From Yuukianura sp. NJ FZ-2021 (lineage: Eukaryota), in assembly GCA_046563655.1 (NCBI GenBank), contig CM102284.1, forward strand, positions 558,001 to 622,000: a stretch of 64,000 nucleotides of DNA, given 5' to 3'. Positions 41,804-53,953 of the stretch are shown here, one piece after another; within the stretch, counting starts at the first letter, position 1; every line of letters begins with the position of its first letter. A program made the position numbers and the translations under genes. Under the pieces are notes generated by a model. It saw only the letters and a program-made list of their open reading frames with translations. It searched no databases and was not told the origin of the DNA.

Positions 41804-42975
41804 AGTGTCAGAAGACGCAATGTTCTGATCGCGATGTTCAAGTCCCTGTTAAATTACAATTAAATGACTTAAGTAATCAATTGGTTTTTACAGATTTAGT
41901 CGAAGACAGTGAAATGAAACACTTTTCAGCTGCTTTTTCTCCTTTGTTTGTGTCTTTATCTTTTTTTTTCCCTCCCTTCTTCCCGGCTTCCTGCTTTTTT
42001 CCCGCTTTTTTTTTCAAATTGTATTGTCTAGTATCTCACCGCAACCTTTATCAGCGAATTCGTAGCACAATAGTACTATTGTTTCAAAAAGTGATGTCGA
42101 AAATGGACTAAATCCTGAGAAGTGTACATAAGCTTAAAACTACACTGAAGAAACGTTGAAACATGCACTGAAACGTTTGCACCGTGCAGAAAACTGAAAC
42201 GTTTGCAGCATGCAGAAAACCACAAACATTGCATGATTCAGAAAACTGAAACGTTGTCCATCATGCACAAAACAGAAAACTTTGAATCGTGCATAAACCT
42301 GAAAAGTGAACATCATGCACAAAACTAAAAACTGTGCCGCATAGCATGGTCCTGAAAATTGTACGTAAGTCACAACCTTGAAAACTTCTTGAAAACTTCT
42401 TTATGACAATCGTGCTTCAAATGCTGTTGTGTATTGGTTTTCAAAATTCAAAAGGTTGAAGCTGAAAAACTTTCTAAAAGTGATGAATTTTTTGAAAGAA
42501 AAAAGCAATATGCAGTTGTGCAAGGAAAACGTTCACATCACAACAAAAATGCGTGACTTCAAAAAGTTATGCAGAACAATTTAACTGTAACGGTAATATT
42601 TATACAAAAAGTACATTCAGACGAGTGCAGAAAGTAATCGGATTCCGATTTGTATCGGAACCGTTCAAACATCGTGTGGCACAACATCAATTTGGTGCAC
42701 AAGTTTAACAATTTTAAAAAGTCACGAGTTTACGGTTTTAGGTGTTGCACAATGTTCAAGTTTAACATGTGCAGTTACACGAAAACAAAAATATCCTTTC
42801 CAAATGTCATGGCGGCTTTTGTGCAACTTTCAAAAACCGTTTCAAACAAGCGGCAGAGCGGTCGACAAAAAACCACTGGCAAGAACAAAATTCCAAGAAA
42901 AAACCGCTGCGTCCAAAAAAAAAATCGTTTTCAGTTTGAAAATGAAAAAAAAACATCGAGTTATGCCGAATTTAT

Positions 42976-43963
42976 CATAGAGTTACCATGACAATTCGAT
43001 TTTTTTTCCTTTAACTAGAGTGGACATAAGGCATTTTTTCAACAAAATTTTTGAAGCATTTCTAGAGCGGATAAGAGCGGATAAAAACCGCTTTCATCTG
43101 AAGTTTAAGCCCGGTTCTCACGATAAAAAATGAAATTGAAGCGTTAATTTCTGAAAAGTTCTAAAATTGTCAAAAATGTGTAAAGTTGGTTTTCTAGAGA
43201 AAAAAAAATCTGTATATGTATGTTATGGCAGTAATTGTGACAAGTGGTGTGTCAAGAAAATGGCTCATCAACCCAAAAATTTCTTCTTCTTAAAGGATCG
43301 CGCAGATGATTTGAATAAAATTACATTTGAATATCTTAATCAACTACAAATTCGATAAAAATTTCGCTTATTAGTGCTAATCGTAATTAAAATTGGTGAT
43401 TATTAAATATAAATACAAAATGTACTTTCGATGTGTCTAAACTTTTATTAACATTGCCAGACAGGAAACCATTAAGCTAAACCGAACTACTATTCGTAAC
43501 ACTTGTAACAAAACTGTGATTTTCAGAGGTCCGTAATGTTAGATTCAGAGTATTTCCAATTTTCCAATTTAAACTCTGTTGTAAAATAAAATCTCCCTTA
43601 ACTCCAAATAGTTTCAAGTACTTAAACACAGCTAAAGTAAATTTAAACGTTAAATTAACTAATCTATAGTTACTATCTACGTCCACACCACTACTAGTAG
43701 CATTTTCCAGAATCACAGATTAGGGTTGATAGTTTTTCTGAAAAACAAAACCCTAGATTTAACTTTTTCAGGAATTTGCGAAAAATTTTCGAAATTTTCA
43801 AAAATGACACCTGCAATCCATAGTTTGTGTGTAAATGGCTTAAACTTAAGATGAAAACGGTTTTTTCTCCGCTTTGTAAATGCTTCAAAAATTTTGTTGA
43901 AAAAATGCCTTATGTCCACTCTAGTTAAAGGAAAAAAAATCGAATTGTCATGGTAACTCTATG
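42976..43963. mobile_element. hAT-like non-autonomous element (~988 bp) with long TIRs and 8-bp TSD
   Basis: TIR CATAGAGTTACCATGACAATTCG... matches ...CGAATTGTCATGGTAACTCTATG over more than 100 bp; direct repeat GAATTTAT at 42968-42975 and 43964-43971. Confidence 0.9.
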
Positions 43964-44130
43964 GAATTTATACTTTCCTTTCCCCGTTACTTTCTGCAAG
44001 GTAAATACAGTGTCACCGACAAAACAAAATAGAAAATTCAGTTCAGTGCTCCTGGCAACGCCGAAAATTTTGGCGACACTGTATTTTTCTGGCGGAAAGT
44101 AACGGGGAAAGGAATGTGTAAATTCGGCAT
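43964..44130. mobile_element. Small inverted-repeat element (MITE) interrupted by the hAT-like insertion
   Basis: Arm (ATGCC)GAATTTATACTTTCCTTTCCCCGTTACTTTC...CAGTGTCACC pairs with GGCGACACTG...GAAAGTAACGGGGAAAGGAATGTGTAAATTCGGCAT; its left tip ATGCC is stranded at 42963-42967. Confidence 0.75.
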
Positions 44131-45063
44131 TACCAAGACAATTCGATTATTTCCTTTTAACTAGAGTGGACATTTGCCATTTTTTAAACAAAATTTTTGA
44201 AACATTTCTAGAGCGGATAAAAACCGTTTTCATCTCAAGTTTAAGCCAGGTTCACACCAACTATGAATTGCAGGTGTCATTTTTCAATATTTCGAAAGTT
44301 CGCGAACTCACGAAAAAGTTAAAAGTAGGTTTTTTTTTTTTAGAAAAACTAGCAACCTTAAACTGTAATTCTGGAAATTGTGACTAGTAGTGGTTTAGAC
44401 TGCTAGACGTAGATAGTAACTTTAGATGTAGATACTAGTTAATTTATAGTTCAAATTTACTTTACCTTAGTAGTAATTTACTTTAGTAAATTTAACTTTT
44501 AGCAACAACACATTTTTACTTTGGATTAGCAATTGGCGAAGCAACTTTTCGGTTGATGCTCTTCTTGACACACTCCTTGTCACAAATACTATCATAACAT
44601 ACATGAGCAGATATTTTTCCTAGAAAACCAAATGTACACATTTTTGACAATTGAATGCCTTCGCGGAACAAGGGGCAACATGGAAATCGTTGTTTTGACG
44701 TTTTATTTTTTAATTTTCAAACAAACAAAATCAGGCGAAAAAACGGTTTCTCAGAGCGAATTAGCGGTTTTTTCTTGTCCGATTTCAGCAGAAAAGCCAA
44801 TACGCAACTCGTTTCCCATGGAAACTCAAATTGCAATTTCCAGTTTGCCCTTTGTTCCGCGAAGGCATTCAATTTTAGAACTTTTCCAGAAATGAACGTT
44901 TCAATTTCATATTTCATCGTGAGAACCGGGCTTAAACATGAGATGAAAGCGGTTTTTATCCGCTCTGATCCGCTCTAGAAATGTTTTAAAAATTTTGTTT
45001 AAAAAATGGCAAATGTCCACTCTAGTTAAAAGGAAAAAAATCGAATTGCCTTGGTAACTCTAT
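44130..45063. mobile_element. Second copy of the hAT-like element, opposite orientation, left end truncated by a few bp
   Basis: Starts TTACCAAGACAATTCG and ends CGAATTGCCTTGGTAACTCTATG; internal blocks are reverse complements of 43060-43270 and 43660-43900. Confidence 0.85.
44653..44870. mobile_element. 218-bp MITE with ~27-bp TIRs and AATT target-site duplication, nested in the second hAT-like copy
   Basis: GAATGCCTTCGCGGAACAAGGGGCAAC pairs with GTTTGCCCTTTGTTCCGCGAAGGCATTC; AATT on both sides; the empty site is visible in the first copy (CTAAAATTGTC at 43161-43171). Confidence 0.85.
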
Positions 45064-45361
45064 GGTTTGAAAATGATGAAAAAATTTGAAAATGAAGGAA
45101 AAAGGAGCCATAGAATTACATAGAGTTGTCAAGGGGATTCTTGGTTTTTTTTAACTAGAGTGAACATTAGGATTAGACCAATGTTGGATTAGACAAATTA
45201 GGCAAAAGTTTTGAAACAATTCCAAAGTGGAGTTGGCAACTTTTCCAATGCGAACATGATGTGAGGAATCCGGTTGAGGTAAGCTTTAACGACCGTCATT
45301 GTAGCCGCACAGTGTAGCCGCTGGCGGCCATCTTGGGTGGCTACAATGGGTGGCTACACTT

Positions 45362-45837
45362 GAGCGGCAACATTTGTAGCCGCCCGTGGAAAATTTTGCC
45401 TTGTAGCCACCATATTGTAGCCGCACATTCTAAATAATACTGGCAACACTGTTTAAGAATTTAAGATTAGACGCAATCAATATTGCGAACTTTAAACAGC
45501 ATAACCCACAAACGTAATCAGTATTGCGAACTTTTAATAACCTAACTCCGCGCCTTCGGCGCGGGAAAATGTAACAGAACTTAGGATTTACTAAATCACA
45601 ATTAATGTCTTTTCTGCTTCATTCAGAGAATTCACTTTTATTTTCCCGCGCCGAAGGCGCGGAGCTAGGTTAGGATAATACTTGACAATAGCGATTAGAC
45701 TCGAGGTTTTCGTTTAGGTTATTGTATCTCGAGACTAAATTCTAAGACATTGTTGCCAGCATTATTTAGCATATGCGGCTACAATTGGGTGGCGACAAGG
45801 CAAATTTTCTCACAAGTGGCTACAAATGTTGCCGCTC
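45362..45837. mobile_element. Degenerate fold-back element with a nested inner inverted repeat
   Basis: GAGCGGCAACATTTGTAGCC... (45362-45460) pairs with ...GGCTACAAATGTTGCCGCTC (45737-45837); inner pair CCTAACTCCGCGCCTTCGGCGCGGGAAAAT (45541-45570) with 45640-45669. Confidence 0.7.
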
Positions 45838-46128
45838 CAGTAAATACGTTCTGTAAAATGATTGTAAAAAGGTTTGCAACAAAATTTAGATTTTAGGCCT
45901 ACGGAGTTACTATTCCTAAAAATTTGTCGACAAAATCAACTCCAATGTCGTTCAGATAAAAAGCAATCAATTTTCAAAATCTCTGATAAAGCGATGTGGA
46001 AATATTCAAAAGGTTTCAAATCTAGTTCCAATGTTGCTACTTTATACTTTTTCAATTCACACTCAGACAGTGAAGCGACCTAAAAATAAAGAATTCAGTG
46101 CGAAAAATCACTTCATCCTCAACAGTCA

Positions 46129-46928
46129 ATGATGGCTAAACTCGGACGATCATCGGTTGCTATTTTTGTTTTAGTGCTCAACATTGGTTTTAGTTTAGGT
46201 CAAAATAGGCTGTACAGTGGCCAGAACTGCACAGGACTATTTCTAGAAATTCCAAGTGGAAAAGAACATCCTTCGTTGAGCGAGTACGGATTCGACAATG
46301 TCACTAAAAGTGTCAAAGTCGATGGAAGGCAAGTCAATTCATTTTAACATTTTAACATAGTCTGACATTTTCAATTAGCCTTCCATAACGTTTTGTGAGT
46401 GTGAGAACATGAATATTTATTTTATTTTATTTAAAATGTGGCGTACTTAGATGGTTATTCTATGACCTACCAAGCTTCAACGAGGAAAACATAACTGCTC
46501 CATATGAATACGTAGCTACTGCTTCTTCCTCTACTTGCTACAACTTAACAAGTACTTCTGGAATTGTAAGTTCCGTGCGAGAAATTGGGGATTACTACAA
46601 CGGTTGGGAATCATTGGATCTGTTCACTATGCACACTTATGCTGGCCCCAAGGAAGCCACGATTGACACTCACAACTCCGTTTCATCTCTGGTGTATAAT
46701 GAGCATGTGTCAGCTGTTTTGATGGGAGACACGAGCTGGACAATCTACAGTCGAGATAATGAGACAGGACCTGCCTACTGCTTGTTTCCAGACGAAGGCT
46801 CCGAAGTGACCTGGATTAACGATTTCCAACAACTGGACCCGCCAATTCCATATGCATTTATTCAATCCGTTGACCCACGGTGCAACGCTGTTGATGCTAT
46901 TCATGTCCGTGTTCCTTCGAAGCAATGA
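46129..46928 (+). CDS. Secreted beta/gamma-crystallin-like protein (~225 aa), two exons
   Basis: Signal-peptide-like MMAKLGRSSVAIFVLVLNIGFSLG. Greek-key-like patterns RLYSGQNCTG, GFDNVTKSVKVDG-RWLFYD, VSSVR, SWTIYSRDNETG. Exons 46129-46328 and 46451-46928. Confidence 0.65.
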
Positions 46929-48602
46929 TCATAGACGGACAAAATTGTATCTAGAAACGATTTTGCCTAAAAACAGCAAGGTTCCTATAGCAACGAAATA
47001 GTTTTCTTTAACAGGTTAGGAAATAAGTACGTTTTTCAAAAAATCCCGCCGCTAACACTTTCTTCCTACCAAATTTTATTTTCCCATTTGATTACATCAC
47101 ATCCCCACAGAAAAGAACCTTGACCCAAGTTTAGCTAATTTTTTAACAAAATTTAAAAAGTTCGACCTATTGCTTAACCTGTTGAAGGAAAAACTATTTT
47201 TTTGTTTACGAACCTTGAAAAACAGTAAAATCTTATCAATACTTTCTATGTTTCGCAGCGGTTTTTACCAAGAACTTATTTCGTCTGCCAGCAAATGAAA
47301 ACGTGTTGAATTCACGTTGAGTTCACGAGGTTAGGATTTGTCAAAAGTTAGAAAGTGTACCATTTAAAATCGGCATGAGCAGCACAGAGCACAACAACCA
47401 TTCTGTGCAACTGCGTAAACCAAATTATTTTCAATTTTTTCAAAATCCTTAAAGGTGTGCAGCTCTTATTAACAAATAAAATTTTCAAGGTGGGTAAACA
47501 AGCAGATTGTTGATTGGTACAAGTACTTGTAGCAATTCAATTGGTTGCTATAGTAACCTTGAAAATTTTGGTTGAAAAATTTGGCTCAAACCAAATCACA
47601 CTTGTGCGAATCACACACCGTTAAAGTATTTGTGCACAACTTGAATTCCATGCACAATTCTGCTCAATTTCCTTATAATTTTCCTTCATTTTTTTTCGAA
47701 AAGCATGTAAAGATATCAGTCTCCAAGGTAAATAGAATACTTATAGGTACGGTTGCTTAAAATTGTTTTTTCAAAACCGAGTTGCTATGGGATTTCCTTC
47801 AATCCGAGTTCACTCATTTACAGTGCTGTTCAACATTTTCATCATTTTAGTCTCAATACTTTCGCCGCAAACTTAAAAATAGCTTAAAAACTCGGATGAA
47901 CCTGTATTTTCACTCGGAGTGACGTCATTTCGAGTGAAGTTGTAAACAACTCACGAAACGGTTTTAGTCGCTAAGGCTTTTTTAAAACTATCAGTCTCAA
48001 CAATTTCCTTTGAGCAAATTCAACTCATGCCGTAATTCACAGAAAAAAAAACAGGCGAAACGAAATTTTGAAAAACAAACTGACAGGAAGAAAAATAAAA
48101 AAAATCAATGAATTTCATGCATGCTTATGTTTTGCAGATAACAGTTATCTACAAAACAGTTACTGTTAAGCAAAATGTAAATTGAAACAAAGGGAAACCA
48201 AAGTATTTTTAATAAAATAAAAGTCATAAACTCTGAGATCGACTCCATTCAGGTCGTCAGCAAAAAAAAGTCAACAAAAATCCATAAGCACAAGAAATCA
48301 TATTTTACAAAACAAAAAACAAAACAAAAACATTAAGATTTGAAGTTAGGTTATGCTAACCTAACATTTTTTGAATAATTTTGAAAAAGTAAAGATTTGA
48401 AAAGGAATGTCATATAACCTTCTCGGGAAAGTTCATGTGGAAGTGGAGATAATGTGTTGATCATAGTACAACTTAACATTCCTAATTAGAATAATGATAC
48501 TAAATTAATTAAAATCATAATTAATGTAATTAAAATAATTAACAGAGTAGTTAACACATGCTCCAGCCATAACTTAGGTTAGGTTCACCCTAACCTAACA
48601 TT

Positions 48603-50529
48603 TTAGTCTCTCGTAATTCTCTTGTGAATCTGAACGTGTTTGAGGAGATGTGCTTTTTGCCTAAAGGCCTTTCCACACACTTCGCACTTGAACGGCTTTT
48701 CTCCGGTGTGCGTTCTCAGATGAACTTTGATGTTGGACTTGTTGAGAAATCCCCGATTGCAGATTGCGCACCGATGGATCGGCTTTTCCTTGTCACTCCC
48801 GATCTCTATCGTCATGGGGATGATCGTCTTCTTTCGCTTCTTCATCTTCTGAAACGAACAAAACAGAAACGGGAGAATTCGGATTACAAAAACAAATGGG
48901 GCTCTCGACGACTTTTCTGGGGAGAAAAAGCAACATTTTTGGTGCGTTTGCTGGAAAGGCAAAATTTTTGGTGCGTATGCTGGAAAGGCATAATTTTTGG
49001 TGCATTTGTTAAAAAAAAAAAACTTTGGTGCGAGTTTGGTGGAAAACCACATTTTTGTTGTAGGAATTTGGAAAAAATTCGCGTTTGAGTTCGCTGAAAA
49101 CTGAAATTTAGCTTAGAAAATTAAATCTTTGAAGAAGGTTTCTGGATATTTTGTACAAATTTTTTTGATGGTTTCAGTGTTTTATGGTTTTAAAATTTTG
49201 AATTTTGAAAAGTTAAGCCATTCTTGCCTAAAATTTGCTATCTACGTTTGGATTAGAATTTGAACATTTATTTTGCTTTGACGAACTAGAGTGTAGCTAC
49301 TGCTTAAGCGTGAAAAAATTTCAAATTCAATATTTTCCCGCGTCAATCAAAGCAAGTTTAAGCTATATTTCAAATTCTAGCAAAGCTATAGTTAGAAGCG
49401 TCTGAAATGTTAAAGTTAGCTTCAGATTAGTTAACTACCTAATTGTTAGTTTAAAGTTTCTTAAATTTAGCGTTTGCGCTGAATGGCGTACCTGCTCCGG
49501 TGAGTTTCTGTTGTAGGACTTTTTGAAGCGCGCAGACGTGGACGTGACTGTAGGTGACACATGAGGTTCCACAGATGAGTAGCAAGCTTCGACCTTGAGC
49601 GATCCATAGGAGTTGGACGTTGACTCGGGCAGTTGTGGCGACGACTGCAGTCTATCCAATCAAAACCAAGGAATTTAGTGCCCATAACCTAACATTAACT
49701 TTTAGTATTTGTAATGGGACAGAGAATCTGCAAGTAGTACAAATAAGACGCCGACGGGGGTAGAGTAGCTTAGTGGACAGCGAGCTCCCTGGCATTGAGA
49801 TAGACATGGTTTCGATTTCCGCTCAGACTCATATTTTTTTTTCGTAGCACACAGCTTATAGCTGTGTGACATCAACCTAAAATTGTCCTAACTTAATTAA
49901 ACTCAGTGTTAGGCTAATGTTAGGTTGATGTGGGACAGGTTATAAGCCCTGTGCTATGAAAAAAAGTACGAGTCTGAGTGGGAATCGAAACCACATCTAT
50001 CTCCATTACAGGCAGCACGCTGTCCACTGAGCTACTAGACCCTTTTAATTAACCTTGCTTGCAGAATGGGGGATGAGTTGGTTGAGGAGTAGGAGTAGTC
50101 AGTGACGAGAGACGGGAGAGCAAAGTCCGTGGACGAGGACTGGACGACATCGTTCTGTTGACAGGCACTTTCGATCCATGCGTCCAGTTCCGTCCATGGG
50201 TCAATCGTGGACGAGGTCACAGGCTCCAGAGAGGGTTGTTGCTCTGCAATGGCAGATCCAATGAGAGCAGCAATGTCGTCAATGTCTGAAGTGAGGAGAT
50301 ACTCGGCCAGTTCCGTCTTGATGTTAGAAGTGGTGGTGGAGACATCGTAGTGGGTGGGAGGTGGTGGGGCGGGTGGCGGGGGCGGTGGGACTGTCAGGGG
50401 GAACTCGAACGGGGGGAGGGGCTTGAGCTCTGCGAAGTTGTCTGGCTGGAGTTCGGGAAATTCAAAAGTTGAAGATGCGGCGGGCGATTCATACTGCCAG
50501 AGGCAGGGGTCAAGCTCACTCAGTTTCAT
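48603..50529 (-). CDS. C2H2 zinc-finger transcription factor (two C-terminal fingers, Pro/acidic N-terminus)
   Basis: Exons about 50054-50529, 49492-49651, 48603-48848. HRCAICNRGFLNKSNIKVHLRTHTGEKPFKCEVCGKAFRQKAHLLKHVQIH. A probable non-coding 5' exon has its donor near 53052. Confidence 0.9.
49766..50036. mobile_element. Fold-back element whose two arms each begin with a tRNA-like (A/B-box) head
   Basis: GTAGCTTAGTGGACAGCG...GGTTTCGATTTCCGCTCAGACTC pairs with GAGTCTGAGTGGGAATCGAAACC...CGCTGTCCACTGAGCTAC; imperfect pairing continues to the centre near 49895. Confidence 0.75.
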
Positions 50530-53500
50530 CCCGAATAAACGAGCCCGGGACCATCCGGGTCATCCTGCAAAAAAAATCAAAATTTTGAAATCTATTTTCA
50601 TAAAAAATCATAATTTCAAGAAAAATCCAACCGCCATTGCTCTAACGTAAGTGTTAAGTTAAGTAACTTACTGAAATGCAACTATTTTTTAGCCATTCAA
50701 CTTTTTAAAAATGTTTGAATTAAAACTTTTGTCAAATTCTTTAATTTTATCAATTTTTTTTACTTTTGTCTTTCTACTTTGTCAAAGCGTTTGTTCACCT
50801 TTTTCAAATTTGAGTTTTTTTTAACTTTTGTCAAAATTTTCACGTTTATCGAATTTCTACTTTTTAGTAAGTTTGCGTTTTTTTATATTTATGAAATATT
50901 TTTTTCTTCTACAAATTGAGTTTTGTTAGAATTTTGTTGTACGAAAATTTCATTACCGAATTGAGATATTTCTTCTATGGTATAAAATTTTAAACTTTCA
51001 TGAAATGATAGATTTGTGAAATTTAAAATCTTTCAAAATTTTGGAATTGACTTTAACTGTTGACTGCTTTTTGGTTTTTGTTGAAATGAAGCGGAGGTGT
51101 CCATTTGGGAAAGATTTTGGTGTAAAATTGTGTAATTGAGGGCATCATTTTGAAGATTGAGAGTGGTCAGAAATAGATGCTGGCGTCTTTAGTCTCATTG
51201 TTGGACTAGGATCCGGGAATAGGCTTTAGGTTATGTTTAGTACTTTTAGTCTTTTGGGACTAAAAGTGTCTACCATTGTTGGATGACAGAAAGCCTAAAA
51301 TAGCCGGGGGAATGTGGGCCAGCGTGAGTGAACTTCACTTTTGTTTAAATTGAATGCGGAAAAGTGGGACGGGGTGGATGGGGTTGACACACTTCTGGGT
51401 GCCAGAGTCATGAAGAACCTCAAACCCACCCTCTACACCTACTTAATACACACCATCAGGCAGAAAATTCAAATTTTGAAAACGGATTTCGAAAAACACG
51501 GATCTCACACTTCGCATTTTCGACATTTTAACGAACTTGGACAAAATCCGGTTCAAAATGTCCAAAATCAAAGAAAAGTTGCGGAAGAAAGAGACAGAAG
51601 AAAAAGTGGGAGAAAATTAAAAATCAGTGCAAAACGATAGAAGAAAAGATGAAGAGTCGAGAGAACCCAAAAAGCAAAAGAAGAAGAAAAAAACTAAACA
51701 TTTCTCGGTTTTTTGAAAAGTAGCAAAAAAGTTTTGCACAATCAAGCACACAAAAATTACGACATGAAAACGTCGTAAAAACGTTTTGTTCTAAACCGGC
51801 ACTTTTCAAACCCGTTTTTTTTTAAATTTCGCCTATAATTTTCTCTGATTTTCACACACATCTAAAAATTAAAAATTTGGCAGGAAAAAATAGTCTGCCC
51901 AGTTTGGCTATTTTTAAGCTTAATTTTTTAAAGAAAAATTTTCAGAAAACGTTTTCCATTTTTTTAAAGTGTTTTTTTGTGTAAGTGGGATGGATGTACC
52001 ATGAGTTGTTTGCTCTACTTCCTCCAATTTGCAATTTGTGCTCCCATCCCCCTCTCTCGTTGTTTCTGCCTGAATAATTCCTCTTTCTTTTAAGCCTAAA
52101 AACCGGCCTAGAGTGTACCTGTTGTGCCAAAAGACAACAATGGAGCAGAAAAAACATAACAATAACAAAGGATTATTAACAGAATCAAATCCACTTTCTC
52201 ACTTCCAAAAGAAACCAAACAATTAGGTCAAACCTAAACCAAAGCCCTACTTTCAAAATTTCTTAAAACAATAAGGAACAGGCGCCAAATTTAAACTGTT
52301 TCTGGTATGGCGGCAAATCCAAAAGGACGAATTTAGGACAAACGATTTTCAAAAACTTTTTAAAACAATAAGGAAAAAACGCAAAGTTTAAAGAGATCCA
52401 CCATGGTATGGCGGCAAAAATGAAAAATGACGAATTTGAAAATGACCAAAAGTCGAATTCAAAAAAGTCGAATTCGAAAAATACCAACTTGAAACACAGC
52501 TAGATATTCAAAAAATGTGACAAAAAAAAGTTATACTACAGTAACCAAAAGAACACTAATAAATGCAAACTGTGAAATTAGTAGAAACGAAAAAGAAATT
52601 CCCACAAAGCAGAAGCTTTAAACTGGAAAACTTTTGTAAAAAAAAAACAAGGAATTTTCTAAGGATCCAATTAACTTCTGCACTCCCTAATGAAAACAGA
52701 AAATGGTACGAAAAATTTCCACAAAAATTTCTTGAATTCAGAAAATTGAGAAAATTTTTCAAAATTTTTCACCAAATTGATAAACCACTTTTAAAAAATA
52801 TTCAAAACACTGGAATGTATACTAAACATGAAAAAAAACACACCAGGAGGGATGACGCTCCGGAACTCCAAAGCGGCTCGAAATTTAAAAAACACGGCGT
52901 CTCTCCACTCTAAACTATTCAAAACTAGAAAAACTTCTGAAAAACTTTTGAAGCAGCTTGTTCTAAATGTTTTCTAAATTTTGTTCTAAACTTTAGTTTA
53001 GTATGTTGTGTTGTACTAAAATGAGTGTAATGAATGGAGTAATTGTTCTCACCTCACGACAGTACGTTGCGGAGCATGGGATGCCTCGTTGTTGGACCAC
53101 TGACGATCTGAATGGTTCTGGTGGGTTGTGGGGCAGTGTCCTAGATTTGGGCGGGGAAAGGAGGACACCCCCCCATCTCTGAACCCCCCCCCCCACCCAG
53201 CACCTTCACCTTCCCCTCGACCCCCGGGGGTTCACAGACCCCCCCCCCTTGACCCAGACACTGAGCAAGGAGGCCATTCACACCTTCGCTTTCACTTCCT
53301 CTTACTCTCTCCTGCCCCACTTCAACACAACATCTTCACACACACGCAGATTTCACGCATCTCAAACATTCAAATTCACAACATCATTCACAAAAAATTT
53401 AAATTTCAAAAAATAAATTTTTCAAAAATTTGAAACCTATATTTTTTTAGTTTCTTTCAACTTTTCTACTCTCAGTTAATTCAGATCTTGATTCTATCAA

Positions 53501-53953
53501 AACAGCAAATTTAACAAGAGTAAAACAAAAAACAGAAAGCATGACATGATTTCAGTCGAAGTCTTAATTAATTTAATTAATTAAGTTAATTAATTAACTA
53601 ATAGTTACCATTGAGATTAACTAGTGAAATGAATTTGTCTGAAATGCTAAACTAACTTTGGATTTTGTTCAAATATTTAGAAAACACGTTTTTTCTAATT
53701 CAAAATTTTGAAATTTTCAGCGTCTTCGCGCTTGCGTCTTTTGAATCTCCGAAAATCTGACAAACTTATCGATCCAAAACTTTCTCATCTTCTGCATCTT
53801 CATCTTCTCCGGGAAAATTTTTTGGAAAAACAGTCAGACGAGATACTTCCTCATTTTCAATACCAATTTTTTTTCAAGATTTCAAAATTTTGTGCCAAAG
53901 TTTTACAGAAAATAAATTTAAACGATTTCATTTAAAATTGACATTGTTTAAAA

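Noticed and set aside
42130-45000. Many 60-110 aa ORFs in the repeat region
   Set aside because: They fall in non-coding MITEs and low-complexity repeats; no transposase motifs.
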